A DNA stretch of 54,474 nucleotides from Pseudomonadota bacterium (GTDB lineage Bacteria; Pseudomonadota; Gammaproteobacteria; UBA9214). Under the pieces are notes generated by a model that saw only the letters and a list, made by a program, of their open reading frames with translations, searched no databases and was not told the origin of the DNA. Where the stretch lies: the NCBI GenBank assembly GCA_029287615.1, contig JARFQV010000025.1, positions 1 through 54,474 on the forward strand, given 5' to 3'. The translations under genes and the position numbers were made by a program. Below are positions 42,003-52,475 of this stretch, piece after piece (position 1 is the stretch's first letter; each line of letters starts with the position of its first letter).

Positions 42003-44552
42003 ATGGTTGAATTCGCACAGGAAGTCCATCCTGTCAATCTCGAAGACGAGATGAAGCAGTCGTACCTCGACTATGCCATGAGCGTAATCGTGGGTCGTGC
42101 GCTGCCGGATGTACGCGACGGACTCAAACCCGTGCATCGGCGGGTGCTCTATGCCATGAGCGAACTTGGTAACGACTGGAACCGGCCCTACAAGAAATCC
42201 GCGCGCATCGTCGGTGACGTTATCGGTAAATACCACCCGCATGGAGATACGGCTGTCTACGACACCATTGTGCGTATGGCGCAACCGTTTTCCCTGCGCT
42301 ACATGCTGGTCGATGGTCAGGGGAATTTCGGCTCGGTGGACGGCGACTCGCCGGCAGCAATGCGATATACCGAAGTGCGGATGTCGCGTATCGCGCATGA
42401 GCTGATCGCGGATCTGGACAAGGAGACGGTCGATTTTGTCCCCAACTACGACGAAACCGAACACGAACCTTCCGTCTTCCCGACCCGCATCCCGAACCTG
42501 CTGGTCAACGGGTCCGCGGGCATCGCCGTGGGTATGGCGACCAATATCCCGCCGCACAATCTCGGGGAGGTCATCAAGGCCTGCCTGGCGCTGATCGAAA
42601 ATCCGGATATCGATATTGACGGATTGATGGAGCATCTCCCGGGACCGGATTTCCCGACTGCCGGGATCGTTAACGGTGTCCGGGGGATACACGAAGCCTA
42701 CCGTACCGGGCGTGGGCGCATCCATGTGCGTGCACGCAGCCATGTGGAGACTGATGAGGCGCGCCACGGCCGCGAGTCGATTGTCGTAACGGAATTGCCC
42801 TACCAGGTGAACAAGGCCCGCTTGCTGGAGAAGATTGCCAATCTGGTCAAGGAAAAGAAGATAGAGGGCATCAGCGAACTTCGTGATGAGTCCGACAAGG
42901 ATGGCATGCGGATGGTGATCGAGCTGCGTCGCGGCGAGGTCGCTGAAGTCGTTTTGAACAATCTGTACCAGCATACCCAGCTACAGAGTGTATTCGGTAT
43001 CAATATGGTGGCCCTGGTAGACGGGCAACCCCGGTTGCTGGATCTCAAGCAGACCCTCGAGGCCTTTGTCCGCCATCGTCGTGATGTGGTCACACGGCGG
43101 ACCGTATACGACCTGCGCAAGGCGCGGGAACGGGCCCATATCCTGGAAGGGCTGGCCGTGTCCCTGGCGAATATCGACGAGGTCATCGGGCTGATCAAGG
43201 GATCTCCCAACCGGGCCACGGCGAAAGAGGCGCTCATGGGGCGGCTGTGGCCGCCCGGCGATGTCACCGGGATGCTCGAACGTGCGGGTTCTGCGGCCTC
43301 GCGTCCGGAAGGCCTGGATGCGCGATTCGGGCTGCTTGAGGGGGGCTACCAGCTATCGGAAGCGCAGACACAGGCCATCCTCGATCTCCGCCTGCATCAA
43401 CTGACCGGCTTGGAGCAAGATAAAATATATAATGAATACAAAGAATTGATAGATAAAATTGATAATTTTCTTGATATTCTGAACAATCCGCTTCGGTTGA
43501 TGCAGGTCATCCGGGAAGAACTGGAAGATGTGCTGGAACGGTTTGGCGATCAGCGCCGTACCGAGATCCTGACCAGTCACCTGGATCTGAAGCTGGAAGA
43601 CCTCATCACAGAAGAGGACGTGGTCGTCACCCTTTCACACTCCGGATATGCGAAGTCCCAGCCGCTAAGCGTGTACTCGGCACAGCGGCGCGGGGGCAAG
43701 GGAAAGAGCGCTGCCGGGGTCAAGGAAGAGGATTTCATCGACAAGCTGTTTATTGCCAGTACCCATGACACCATCCTGTGCTTTTCCAGCCGTGGCAAGG
43801 CCTACTGGCTGAAGGTGTATGAACTGCCGCAGGCCGGTCGTACCGCACGCGGAAAACCGATCATCAATCTGCTGCCGCTGGAGGAGGGTGAGCGCATCAA
43901 TGCGGTCCTTCCGGTGCGCGAGTTCCCGGATGATACCTATGTATTCATGGCGACATCGTCGGGAATCGTCAAAAAGACACCGCTGGCCGATTTTTCCCGG
44001 CCGAGGGCAAGTGGCATAATCGCAGTGGATCTGCGGGAAGGGGATTACCTGGTCGATGTGGCGATCACCGATGGCAAGAAGGACATCCTGCTGTTCAGCA
44101 ATGCCGGCAAGGTGATCCGGTTCCACGAAAACAATGTCCGTGCCATGGGGCGCACGGCCTGTGGTGTACGGGGGATCCGGCTGCAAAAGGGCCAGAAAGT
44201 AATTTCCCTGATCATCGCCTCCGAACATTCCATCCTTACCGTGACAGCGAACGGCTATGGCAAGCGAACCCTGATCGGGGACTATCCCGTCTACGGGCGC
44301 GGTGGTCAGGGTGTCATCTCGATTCAGGTGACGGCCCGCAATGGGGATGTGGTAGCGGCAATCCCGGCGGATCAGGAAGACGAGGTCATGCTCATTACCA
44401 ACATGGGTACCCTGGTTCGTACCCGGGTTAGCGAGATATCCACGATGGGACGCAATACCCAGGGTGTCAGGCTGATTACCCCGGGTAGCGGAGAGCAGGT
44501 GGTTGGTATCGAACGGATTGCGGAAGACCAGGAAGAAGAGGGTGACGACTGA
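42003..44552 (+). CDS. gyrA: DNA gyrase subunit A
   Basis: [17 protein letters not shown] catalytic Tyr and GyrA-box QRRGGKG. Confidence 0.98.
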   Translation: MVEFAQEVHPVNLEDEMKQSYLDYAMSVIVGRALPDVRDGLKPVHRRVLYAMSELGNDWNRPYKKSARIVGDVIGKYHPHGDTAVYDTIVRMAQPFSLRYMLVDGQGNFGSVDGDSPAAMRYTEVRMSRIAHELIADLDKETVDFVPNYDETEHEPSVFPTRIPNLLVNGSAGIAVGMATNIPPHNLGEVIKACLALIENPDIDIDGLMEHLPGPDFPTAGIVNGVRGIHEAYRTGRGRIHVRARSHVETDEARHGRESIVVTELPYQVNKARLLEKIANLVKEKKIEGISELRDESDKDGMRMVIELRRGEVAEVVLNNLYQHTQLQSVFGINMVALVDGQPRLLDLKQTLEAFVRHRRDVVTRRTVYDLRKARERAHILEGLAVSLANIDEVIGLIKGSPNRATAKEALMGRLWPPGDVTGMLERAGSAASRPEGLDARFGLLEGGYQLSEAQTQAILDLRLHQLTGLEQDKIYNEYKELIDKIDNFLDILNNPLRLMQVIREELEDVLERFGDQRRTEILTSHLDLKLEDLITEEDVVVTLSHSGYAKSQPLSVYSAQRRGGKGKSAAGVKEEDFIDKLFIASTHDTILCFSSRGKAYWLKVYELPQAGRTARGKPIINLLPLEEGERINAVLPVREFPDDTYVFMATSSGIVKKTPLADFSRPRASGIIAVDLREGDYLVDVAITDGKKDILLFSNAGKVIRFHENNVRAMGRTACGVRGIRLQKGQKVISLIIASEHSILTVTANGYGKRTLIGDYPVYGRGGQGVISIQVTARNGDVVAAIPADQEDEVMLITNMGTLVRTRVSEISTMGRNTQGVRLITPGSGEQVVGIERIAEDQEEEGDD

Positions 44553-44605
44553 TTCTGCATGGTTGATTACGGCGATATCTGTTTCCTGACCGTACAAGGT
44601 TGATA

Positions 44606-45688
44606 ATGACTATGGTGTACAACTTCAGTGCAGGCCCCGCAATGCTGCCGGCAGAGGTGCTGCAACAGGCTGGAGAGGAGTTGGCCGACTGGCGAGGAAG
44701 CGGCATGTCGGTCATGGAGATGAGTCACCGCGGCAGAGAATTCACCTCGATTGCGGAACAGGCCGAGGCCGACTTGCGTGAACTGCTGGCCATACCCGAT
44801 CACTACCGGGTCCTGTTCCTGCAGGGTGGGGCTACCAGCCAGTTTTCCATGGTCCCCATGAACCTGCTTCGCGGTCATGATACCGCAGACTATGTGAATA
44901 CCGGATCCTGGTCCAAAAAGGCCATCGCGGAAGCCAGTCGTTACTGTACCGTGAATATTGTTGCAAGTTCCGAGGATACGGGATTCACCTCCATCCCTGC
45001 AGAGGAAAGCTGGCAACTGAATGCACAGGCGGCCTATCTGCACTACACGCCCAATGAGACGATCGGTGGCGTTGAATTCCAGGGGATACCGGATGCCGGC
45101 AGTGTGCCTCTGGTAGCCGACATGTCCTCGACGATTCTGTCCCGGCCGATCGATGTATCACGTTTTGGTGTCATCTATGCCGGCGCGCAGAAAAATATCG
45201 GTCCTGCCGGCCTGACCGTCGTGATCGTCCGGGAAGATCTGATCGGCGATGTACTGGACGCTACACCATCCATGTTCAACTACCGCCTGCACTCGGACAA
45301 TGGTTCGATGCTCAACACACCTCCGACCTATGCCTGGTACATCGCCGGTCTGGTATTTCAGTGGCTGAGGCACAAGGGTGGACTGGAAGTAATGAAGGAC
45401 ATCAATCACAGAAAGGCCGCAAGCCTGTATGCCGCGATCGACGCGTCCGGCTTTTACCACAGTCCGGTCGAGGTGAACAGCCGGTCCTGGATGAATGTAC
45501 CTTTCACGCTGGCCGATCCCTCCCTGGACGCCACATTCCTCGATCAGGCGAAAGAAGCCGGCCTCCTGAATCTGAAGGGACATCGTTCGGTGGGAGGAAT
45601 GCGCGCGAGTATCTACAATGCCATGCCGGAGGAAGGTGTGGCGGCCCTGACAGGCTTCATGGATGAATTCGAACGACGCCACGGATAA
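44606..45688 (+). CDS. serC: Phosphoserine aminotransferase
   Basis: NFSAGPA, EMSHR, GAQKNIG and [14 protein letters not shown] motifs. Confidence 0.97.
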   Translation: MTMVYNFSAGPAMLPAEVLQQAGEELADWRGSGMSVMEMSHRGREFTSIAEQAEADLRELLAIPDHYRVLFLQGGATSQFSMVPMNLLRGHDTADYVNTGSWSKKAIAEASRYCTVNIVASSEDTGFTSIPAEESWQLNAQAAYLHYTPNETIGGVEFQGIPDAGSVPLVADMSSTILSRPIDVSRFGVIYAGAQKNIGPAGLTVVIVREDLIGDVLDATPSMFNYRLHSDNGSMLNTPPTYAWYIAGLVFQWLRHKGGLEVMKDINHRKAASLYAAIDASGFYHSPVEVNSRSWMNVPFTLADPSLDATFLDQAKEAGLLNLKGHRSVGGMRASIYNAMPEEGVAALTGFMDEFERRHG

Positions 45689-45777
45689 CGGGACTATCAG
45701 CGTGTGGTTATTCCCGTGCGAATCGCAATTGATCCTCTCCCGCGATTGGCGATGACAGATAACCGAAGGGTTCGTTG

Positions 45778-46941
45778 ATGCGCAAGGTACTCACCCTGAA
45801 CAACCTATCTGCAGCCGGTCTGGAACGCCTGCCGCGTGACAGCTATGAAGTCGCCTCGGAAATCCAGCACCCCGACGCGATCCTCCTGCGATCCTACAAC
45901 ATGCACAAGATGGAGATACCGGACTCTGTCATGGCAGTCGGGCGGGCAGGTGCCGGCGTTAACAATATCCCGGTTGATGCACTGAGTGTCCGCGGTATAC
46001 CGGTATTCAATGCGCCCGGGGCGAACGCCAATGCAGTCAAGGAACTCGTTCTGGCCGGCATGCTGGTGGCGGCCAGGAATATATGCCAGTCATGGTCCTT
46101 TGCCCGTGATCTGGAGGGGGAGGATTCGGATATCCACAAACAGGTGGAGTCCGGCAAAAAGCAGTTCGTGGGATTTGAGCTGCCGGGGCGTACACTCGGT
46201 GTCATCGGTCTGGGTGCGATCGGCGTACAGGTTGCCAATGGCGCGCTGGCGCATGGCATGAACGTGATCGGTTTCGATCCGGATATCACCGTGCAGAGAG
46301 CCTGGCAGATGTCTTCATCTGTGCAGCAGGCAAGCAGCGTGGATGATCTGCTTTCCAGGGTGGACTTCGTCAGTTTCCACGTGCCGCTGGTGGATGCGAC
46401 GCGTTCCATGATCAACAGGGAGCGCCTCCGGTTGATGAAAGACGATGTGGTCATCCTGAACTTTTCCCGCAGTGGCATTATCGACGATGAAGCGGTTTGC
46501 GAGGCCATCGATGCCGGCAAGGTCTATGCTTACGTATGTGATTTTCCGAGTAATCTGCTCAAGCGGCATCCCCGTGTGATCAGTCTGCCGCATATTGGCG
46601 CCTCTACCACGGAAGCAGAGGAGAACTGTGCGGTCATGGTAGTGGACCAGATACGGGATTTTCTCGAAGACGGAAATATCAGGAATTCGGTCAATTTCCC
46701 TGAAATGAGGATGCCGCGTAACGGCTCTTACCGCCTGGCGGTTGTCAACGCGAATGTTCCGAATATGCTTGGCCAGATATCGACAGCAATGGCGGAATCC
46801 GGCCTGAATATTCTTGATATGCTCAATAAGTCCAGGGGGGAGCTGGCCTACACGCTGGTCGATGTCGACAGGGAAATCGAGGCGTTGTGTATCGAACGCA
46901 TTCTCGCCGTGGACGGAGTCCTGAATGCACGCATTGTCTAG
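45778..46941 (+). CDS. serA: D-3-phosphoglycerate dehydrogenase-like protein with a C-terminal ACT domain
   Basis: RAGAGVNNI, GLGAIG and PHIGAST motifs, ACT tail; directly after serC. Confidence 0.85.
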   Translation: MRKVLTLNNLSAAGLERLPRDSYEVASEIQHPDAILLRSYNMHKMEIPDSVMAVGRAGAGVNNIPVDALSVRGIPVFNAPGANANAVKELVLAGMLVAARNICQSWSFARDLEGEDSDIHKQVESGKKQFVGFELPGRTLGVIGLGAIGVQVANGALAHGMNVIGFDPDITVQRAWQMSSSVQQASSVDDLLSRVDFVSFHVPLVDATRSMINRERLRLMKDDVVILNFSRSGIIDDEAVCEAIDAGKVYAYVCDFPSNLLKRHPRVISLPHIGASTTEAEENCAVMVVDQIRDFLEDGNIRNSVNFPEMRMPRNGSYRLAVVNANVPNMLGQISTAMAESGLNILDMLNKSRGELAYTLVDVDREIEALCIERILAVDGVLNARIV

Positions 46942-47012
46942 GGCCTGTTACCACCAGGAAGATTGCCGCGACGATATTACGCGACGATATTATTAGTGTT
47001 AACAGGCCCTAG
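46938..47012. mobile_element. MITE-like element, copy 2 (short, 75 bp)
   Basis: ctagggcctgttacca...tgttaacaggccctag; internal 13-bp tandem duplication cgcgacgatatta x2 at 46967-46992. Confidence 0.7.
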
Positions 47013-47033
47013 TCTACGGTAACGAATAGAACC

Positions 47034-48119
47034 ATGCCCAACGGAAAACAGATTGCTGCTTTGCGCGAGCGGATTGATGCGCTGGATGAACAGATACAGG
47101 TTCTGATCAGCGAGCGCGCGAATTGCGCCAAACAGGTAGCCGAGGTAAAGCTGGGTGCAGGAGAGGATACGGTTTTTTTCCGCCCGGAGCGGGAAGCCCA
47201 GGTGCTGCGGGCGATTGCCGGGCGCAACAATGGACCGCTTCCGGACGAGGAGATGCTGCGCCTGTTCCGCGAGATCATGTCTGCCTGCCTGGCACTGGAG
47301 AAAAAACTGTCGATTGCCTTTCTGGGGCCGGTCGGCACCTTCACCCAGGCGGCGGCACTCAAGCACTTCGGACACTCGGTGCATACGGTACCGCTCGATG
47401 CCATCGATGAGGTGTTCAGGGAGGTGGAGTCGCGTGCCGCAGACTATGGCATCGTGCCGGTAGAGAATTCAACCGAAGGAGTGGTCAACCATACCCTCGA
47501 CATGTTCCAGCAGAGTTCACTCTACATCTGCGGTGAAGTGGAACTGCGTATTCACCATCACTTGCTATCGCGCGATTCCGGTCTGGAAAAGATCAGGCGC
47601 GTCTATGCCCATCAGCAGGCCCTGGCACAATGCAGGGAGTGGCTGGATACCAAGCTTCCGGGCGTGGAGCGTATCGGTGTAGGCAGCAATGCCGAGGCGG
47701 CGCGCCTGGTCAGAGACGAAGCCGGTGCAGCCGCAATCGCCGGGGACGCAGCCGCCGATATGTACGAACTGCGGGTGATTGCCGGCAATATCGAGGATGA
47801 GCCGGATAACACGACACGTTTTCTGGTCATAGGGCGCCAGGCGGTTGCCCCCAGCGGCAATGACAAGACTTCCCTCCTGGTATCCGTTGTGAACAGACCG
47901 GGTGCCCTGAATCATTTGCTGGAGCCGATTTCCCGGAACGGGATCAGCATGACCAGGATCGAATCACGACCCTCGCGACGGGGGATGTGGGATTATGTTT
48001 TCTACATCGATCTGGAGGGCCACCGCGAGGACAGGAGTGTGTCGGCCGCCCTGGGGGAGCTGGAACAGGTAGCCTCCTTCATCAAGGTACTCGGGTCCTA
48101 TCCGAAGGCAATGCTCTAG
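47034..48119 (+). CDS. pheA: Chorismate mutase/prephenate dehydratase (P-protein)
   Basis: LRERIDALD, RPERE, PVENSTEG, NTTRF and IESRP motifs. Confidence 0.96.
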   Translation: MPNGKQIAALRERIDALDEQIQVLISERANCAKQVAEVKLGAGEDTVFFRPEREAQVLRAIAGRNNGPLPDEEMLRLFREIMSACLALEKKLSIAFLGPVGTFTQAAALKHFGHSVHTVPLDAIDEVFREVESRAADYGIVPVENSTEGVVNHTLDMFQQSSLYICGEVELRIHHHLLSRDSGLEKIRRVYAHQQALAQCREWLDTKLPGVERIGVGSNAEAARLVRDEAGAAAIAGDAAADMYELRVIAGNIEDEPDNTTRFLVIGRQAVAPSGNDKTSLLVSVVNRPGALNHLLEPISRNGISMTRIESRPSRRGMWDYVFYIDLEGHREDRSVSAALGELEQVASFIKVLGSYPKAML

Positions 48120-48222
48120 CCCGCATTGTTGAGAAAGACATCCCTCGATGACTCTTTTCCGAAACCAGTCTTCTGCACGGCCTTCACTCAGATTCTGGAA
48201 GATACAGGCTTAACTACGGGCA

Positions 48223-49350
48223 ATGGTAGATCTGCAACAGCGCTTTACGGAACTCGCGGCACCCGGCGTACGTCTACTGAACCCGTACCAGCCGGGCAAG
48301 CCGCTGAGTGATCTTGAGCGGGAGTACGGCATCCGCAATGCGATCAAGCTGGCATCCAACGAAAACCCGCTGGGTCCCGCTCCGGGTGCCATCAGTGCAG
48401 CACGCGCCGCGCTTGATGATCTCGCCCGTTATCCCGATGGCGGCGGCTATGCACTGACCGCTGCACTGGCGCAGAAGCATTCTGTCATCCCGGCGGCGAT
48501 CACCCTGGGTAATGGTTCCAATGACATACTGGAACTGGTTGCGCGAGCCTTTCTGAGCAGTCGTCACGAGGCGGTGTTTTCCGAGCATGCCTTTGCCGTG
48601 TATCCCATCGTCACCCAGGCCATCGGCGCATCGGCCAGGATCGCGAGGGCCAGTGATGGCAGCCACGGCTCGGCCTATGGACATGATCTGGCTGCAATGG
48701 CTGATCTGGTCGGACCCGATACCCGTGTTGTGTTTATCGCCAACCCGAACAATCCAACCGGCACCTGGCTGAAGGACAAGGAACTGGAAGGATTTGTTTC
48801 TGCATTGCCCGATCATGTCGTGGTTGTCGTGGACGAGGCCTATCATGAATATGTGGGGCAACCCGACTACCCGAATACCATCGACTGGTTATCCCTTTAC
48901 CCAAACCTGATCGTTACCCGGACCTTTTCCAAGGCCTATGGGCTGGCGGCACTTCGGATAGGTTACAGCATCTCCCACCCGGTGGTGGCCGATCTGCTGA
49001 ACCGGGTCCGGCAACCATTCAATGTCAACAGTGTCGCCCAGGCCGCGGCACTGGCAGCACTGGAAGATCACGCGCATCTGGAGAAGAGCGTCCGGAGTAA
49101 CACCAGCGGAATGCAACAGCTCACCTCTGCCTTCGAGGAGTTGTCATTGAAGTGGATAGATTCGGTTGGTAATTTTGTTTGTGTGGATACCGGCAGGCCG
49201 GCAGAGGAGGTCTACCAGGCCCTGCTCAGGCGGGGTGTGATCGTGCGTCCGGTGGCCAATTACGGTCTGCCCGGCCACTTGCGCATCACCATCGGCTTGC
49301 CGGAAGAAAATGAATGCCTGATCGGTGCGCTCAGGGAGGTCCTTTCGTGA
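48223..49350 (+). CDS. hisC: Histidinol-phosphate/aromatic aminotransferase
   Basis: KLASNEN, GNGS, NPNNPTG, DEAY and RTFSKAYGLA.LR motifs. Confidence 0.94.
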   Translation: MVDLQQRFTELAAPGVRLLNPYQPGKPLSDLEREYGIRNAIKLASNENPLGPAPGAISAARAALDDLARYPDGGGYALTAALAQKHSVIPAAITLGNGSNDILELVARAFLSSRHEAVFSEHAFAVYPIVTQAIGASARIARASDGSHGSAYGHDLAAMADLVGPDTRVVFIANPNNPTGTWLKDKELEGFVSALPDHVVVVVDEAYHEYVGQPDYPNTIDWLSLYPNLIVTRTFSKAYGLAALRIGYSISHPVVADLLNRVRQPFNVNSVAQAAALAALEDHAHLEKSVRSNTSGMQQLTSAFEELSLKWIDSVGNFVCVDTGRPAEEVYQALLRRGVIVRPVANYGLPGHLRITIGLPEENECLIGALREVLS

Positions 49351-50207
49351 TCAGGAGACTGTGCATTATCGGTGTCGGCCTGATCGGTGGTTCCCTTGCC
49401 AGGGCGCTGCGAAATGCCGGTGTCTGTGAGGAAATCGTGGGTTCGGGGCGCAGTGTCGGGAACCTTGAGAAGGCCATGGAGCTCGGTGTTATTGACCGTT
49501 TCGATACCGATCCGGCAATAGCGGCCGCAGGTGCCGATATGATTGTGGTAGCGGTGCCGCTGGGTGCCATGGAGGCCGTTTTCCGGGCCATACAACCCGT
49601 ACTGGGGACGGAAAGCGTGCTCACAGATGCCGGCAGCGCAAAGGGCTGTGTTGTCGATGCAGCAAGGGCCGTCTTTGGTGAGGTCCCTGCATTCCTGGTT
49701 CCCGGCCACCCGATAGCCGGTACGGAACGCAGCGGCGTCGGGGCATCCTTCCCTGAACTGTACCAGGGCCGGCGTGTAATATTGACACCGCTGCCGGAAA
49801 CGGATCTCCGGGCTCTGGATCGCGTCACCCTCATGTGGCAAGCGGCCGGGGCACGGGTCAGCAATATGGAGGTGACGCACCATGATGCCGTACTGGCGGC
49901 CACCAGCCATCTGCCTCATGTGCTCGCCTTCAGTCTGGTTGATACCCTGTCGCGTCTGGAGGAACACGATGAAATCCTGGAATATGCAGCCGGTGGTTTT
50001 CGCGACTTCAGCCGCATCGCCTCCAGTGATCCGGTTATGTGGCGCGACATCTGCATTGCCAATCGTGATGCCATACTGAAAATGATTGATCGTTATATGG
50101 CTGGTCTGAACGAGTTCACCGGCATGCTGCGAGAGCAGGATGAGGAGCGTATCCTGGAGACCTTCCGGCGAGCCAAGGAAGTCAGGGACGGGTTTGTCGG
50201 CCACTGA
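49347..50207 (+). CDS. tyrA: Prephenate/cyclohexadienyl dehydrogenase
   Basis: GVGLIGGS, HPIAGTE, SHLPH and GFRDFSRIA motifs; GTG start overlapping the hisC stop. Confidence 0.92.
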   Translation: MIRRLCIIGVGLIGGSLARALRNAGVCEEIVGSGRSVGNLEKAMELGVIDRFDTDPAIAAAGADMIVVAVPLGAMEAVFRAIQPVLGTESVLTDAGSAKGCVVDAARAVFGEVPAFLVPGHPIAGTERSGVGASFPELYQGRRVILTPLPETDLRALDRVTLMWQAAGARVSNMEVTHHDAVLAATSHLPHVLAFSLVDTLSRLEEHDEILEYAAGGFRDFSRIASSDPVMWRDICIANRDAILKMIDRYMAGLNEFTGMLREQDEERILETFRRAKEVRDGFVGH

Positions 50208-50301
50208 AGATTGCAGGCTGCAAATGAGCAGTTGAATCAAACTGGATTGCACCTCAGTCAGCCATCAAGAGTCGGAGTATTACTGGAAATACGGGATTAC
50301 C

Positions 50302-51621
50302 ATGAATAGCGCATCCTCCCACGTATACCGGGTCGATCCCGGTGGGCGCCTGACCGGCAGACTGCGGGTCCCGGGTGACAAGTCCATCTCGCACCGGTCC
50401 ATCATACTGGGCTCCCTTGCCGAGGGAATCACTGATGTCAGCGGTTTTCTGGAGGGGGAAGACAGCCTGGCGACACTGTCCGCCTTCCGGGATATGGGCG
50501 TATCGATCAGTGGACCGGATCAGGGCAGGATACGAATCCAGGGGATTGGACTGCACGGATTGAAGGCATCGCCCACGCCACTGAATCTCGGTAACTCCGG
50601 TACCTCCATGCGCCTGCTTGCCGGTCTGCTGGCCGGACAGTCATTCGATTCCCGGCTGATCGGTGATGCATCACTCACCGGCCGACCCATGGGCAGGGTG
50701 GTGGATCCCCTCACCAGGATGGGGGCGCAGGTCAGAATGACAGAAAGTAAAACCGCGCCACTGGAAATCCAGGGAGGAGCCGTGCTCTCAGGGATCGATT
50801 ATGATATGCCGGTCGCCAGCGCACAGGTGAAATCCAGTCTGTTGCTGGCCGGCCTGTATGCAAAGGGCAGGACCTGCGTTCGCGAACCTGCGCCAACCCG
50901 TGACCACACTGAACGGATGCTGCAGGGCATGGGTTACCCCGTCGAACGAACCGGCAACCGGATATGCCTGCAGGGCGGTCACCGCCTGAAGGCAATCCCT
51001 ATCGAGGTACCCGCCGATATCTCCTCGGCTGCCTTTTTTCTGGTCGGCGCGAGCATAGCGCCCGATTCCGACCTCATCCTGGAGCATGTTGGTATCAACC
51101 CCACCCGGACCGGTGTGCTGGACATTCTGAAACGCATGGGCGCGAATATCGACATTGTGGCCACGCGGGAGGCGGGTGGTGAGCCGGTGGCTGATCTGCG
51201 GGTACGCTCGGCGGTATTGCGGGGTATCGAGATTCCTCCCGATCTGGTGCCGCTTGCCATCGACGAGTTTCCTGCCCTGTTCGTCGCCGCTGCCTGTGCG
51301 GAAGGTCAAACCGTGCTGACCGGTGCCGGGGAACTGCGCGTCAAGGAGAGTGACCGTATCGGAGTAATGGCCGAGGGGCTGAAAACCCTGGGCATCGATG
51401 CACATCCCACACCGGACGGTATGGTGATCCGGGGTGGTGTGCTGTCTGGCGGTACCGTCGAAAGCCACGGGGATCACCGGATTGCCATGGCCTTCGCCAT
51501 GGCCGCGCTGCGCTCCAGTCAAAGGATTACCATTAATGACTGTGCCAACGTCAACACCTCGTTTCCCGGTTTTGTGGATCTTTCCCGGGCGGCTGGTCTT
51601 CTGGTACAGAATATCCGGTAA
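50302..51621 (+). CDS. aroA: 3-phosphoshikimate 1-carboxyvinyltransferase (class II EPSP synthase)
   Basis: PGDKSISHR, SAQVKS, RDHTE, NPTR, LRVKESDR and DHRIAM motifs. Confidence 0.97.
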   Translation: MNSASSHVYRVDPGGRLTGRLRVPGDKSISHRSIILGSLAEGITDVSGFLEGEDSLATLSAFRDMGVSISGPDQGRIRIQGIGLHGLKASPTPLNLGNSGTSMRLLAGLLAGQSFDSRLIGDASLTGRPMGRVVDPLTRMGAQVRMTESKTAPLEIQGGAVLSGIDYDMPVASAQVKSSLLLAGLYAKGRTCVREPAPTRDHTERMLQGMGYPVERTGNRICLQGGHRLKAIPIEVPADISSAAFFLVGASIAPDSDLILEHVGINPTRTGVLDILKRMGANIDIVATREAGGEPVADLRVRSAVLRGIEIPPDLVPLAIDEFPALFVAAACAEGQTVLTGAGELRVKESDRIGVMAEGLKTLGIDAHPTPDGMVIRGGVLSGGTVESHGDHRIAMAFAMAALRSSQRITINDCANVNTSFPGFVDLSRAAGLLVQNIR

Positions 51622-51627
51622 TCCCCG

Positions 51628-52326
51628 ATGAGCGATTCCGGTTCCCCGGCAAAGATCCCCGTCATTACCATCGACGGTCCCAGCGGTTCCGGCAAGGGAA
51701 CGATCAGCCTGCGTCTGGCACGTCAGCTGGGTCTGCATTTCCTCGACAGTGGTGCCCTGTACCGGGTGCTCGCGCTTGCTGCGCGGCAAGCGAATATTGA
51801 TCTCCAGGACGAGGCTGCGCTGGCCGCTCTGGCCGGAGAACTGGATGTCAGCTTTCCGGCCGGGGATGCCTGCGAAGGAAAGATCATGCTGTCTGGCCAG
51901 GATGTCAGCAGAGACATCCGCAGCGAGACTTGTGGTAATGATGCCTCGCGGGTAGCGGCGCTGCGGTCCGTACGCAGCGCGCTGCTGGATCGCCAGCGGT
52001 CATTCCGGCAGCCACCGGGTCTGGTCGCGGATGGCCGGGATATGGGAACGGTTGTGTTTCCGGATGCCCTGGTGAAGGTGTTTTTGACCGCAAGTCCCGA
52101 AGAACGGGCAAACAGAAGGTATAACCAATTGAAAGAAAAAGGTATTTCTGCTAATCTAGAAAGCCTGGTAAATGAGGTGGCAGAGCGTGACCACCGGGAC
52201 AGTACGAGAGCATTGTCTCCGCTGCGGCCTGCAGATGATGCTCATATCCTGGACACATCCCACCTGGATATCGAGCAATCCCTGGACAGGGTCCTGGCCT
52301 GGGTTGCGCCTGCATTGAAGCTGTAA
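51628..52326 (+). CDS. cmk: Cytidylate kinase
   Basis: [18 protein letters not shown] and [11 protein letters not shown] motifs. Confidence 0.97.
   Translation: MSDSGSPAKIPVITIDGPSGSGKGTISLRLARQLGLHFLDSGALYRVLALAARQANIDLQDEAALAALAGELDVSFPAGDACEGKIMLSGQDVSRDIRSETCGNDASRVAALRSVRSALLDRQRSFRQPPGLVADGRDMGTVVFPDALVKVFLTASPEERANRRYNQLKEKGISANLESLVNEVAERDHRDSTRALSPLRPADDAHILDTSHLDIEQSLDRVLAWVAPALKL
52129..52157 (+). promoter_or_regulatory. Internal sigma70 promoter within cmk, probably for rpsA-ihfB
   Basis: TTGAAA-N17-TAATCT with an extended -10 TG, inside an AT-rich patch; E. coli has rpsA promoters inside cmk. Confidence 0.65.
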
Positions 52327-52475
52327 AATGTTCCAACTACGTGTATAATATGAAATTTCGGGTAGCCAGAACCGGTGACGGTTCCGGCTTTTTCATTAAC
52401 TGAACCGCTGTGGACATCTCGCAGCGTATAAAACAGGGCGGTTTGTGATATTGACGTCCAAGGATTGTTTTTCCC

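Noticed and set aside
42234-42266. Quinolone-resistance substitution in the GyrA QRDR (Thr at the position equivalent to 83)
   Set aside because: Thr83 with Asp87 is the wild-type state in many gammaproteobacteria such as Pseudomonas.
46967-46992. Tandem repeat as a mini-CRISPR or iteron
   Set aside because: Only two adjacent 13-bp units, with no spacers and no cas or rep gene.
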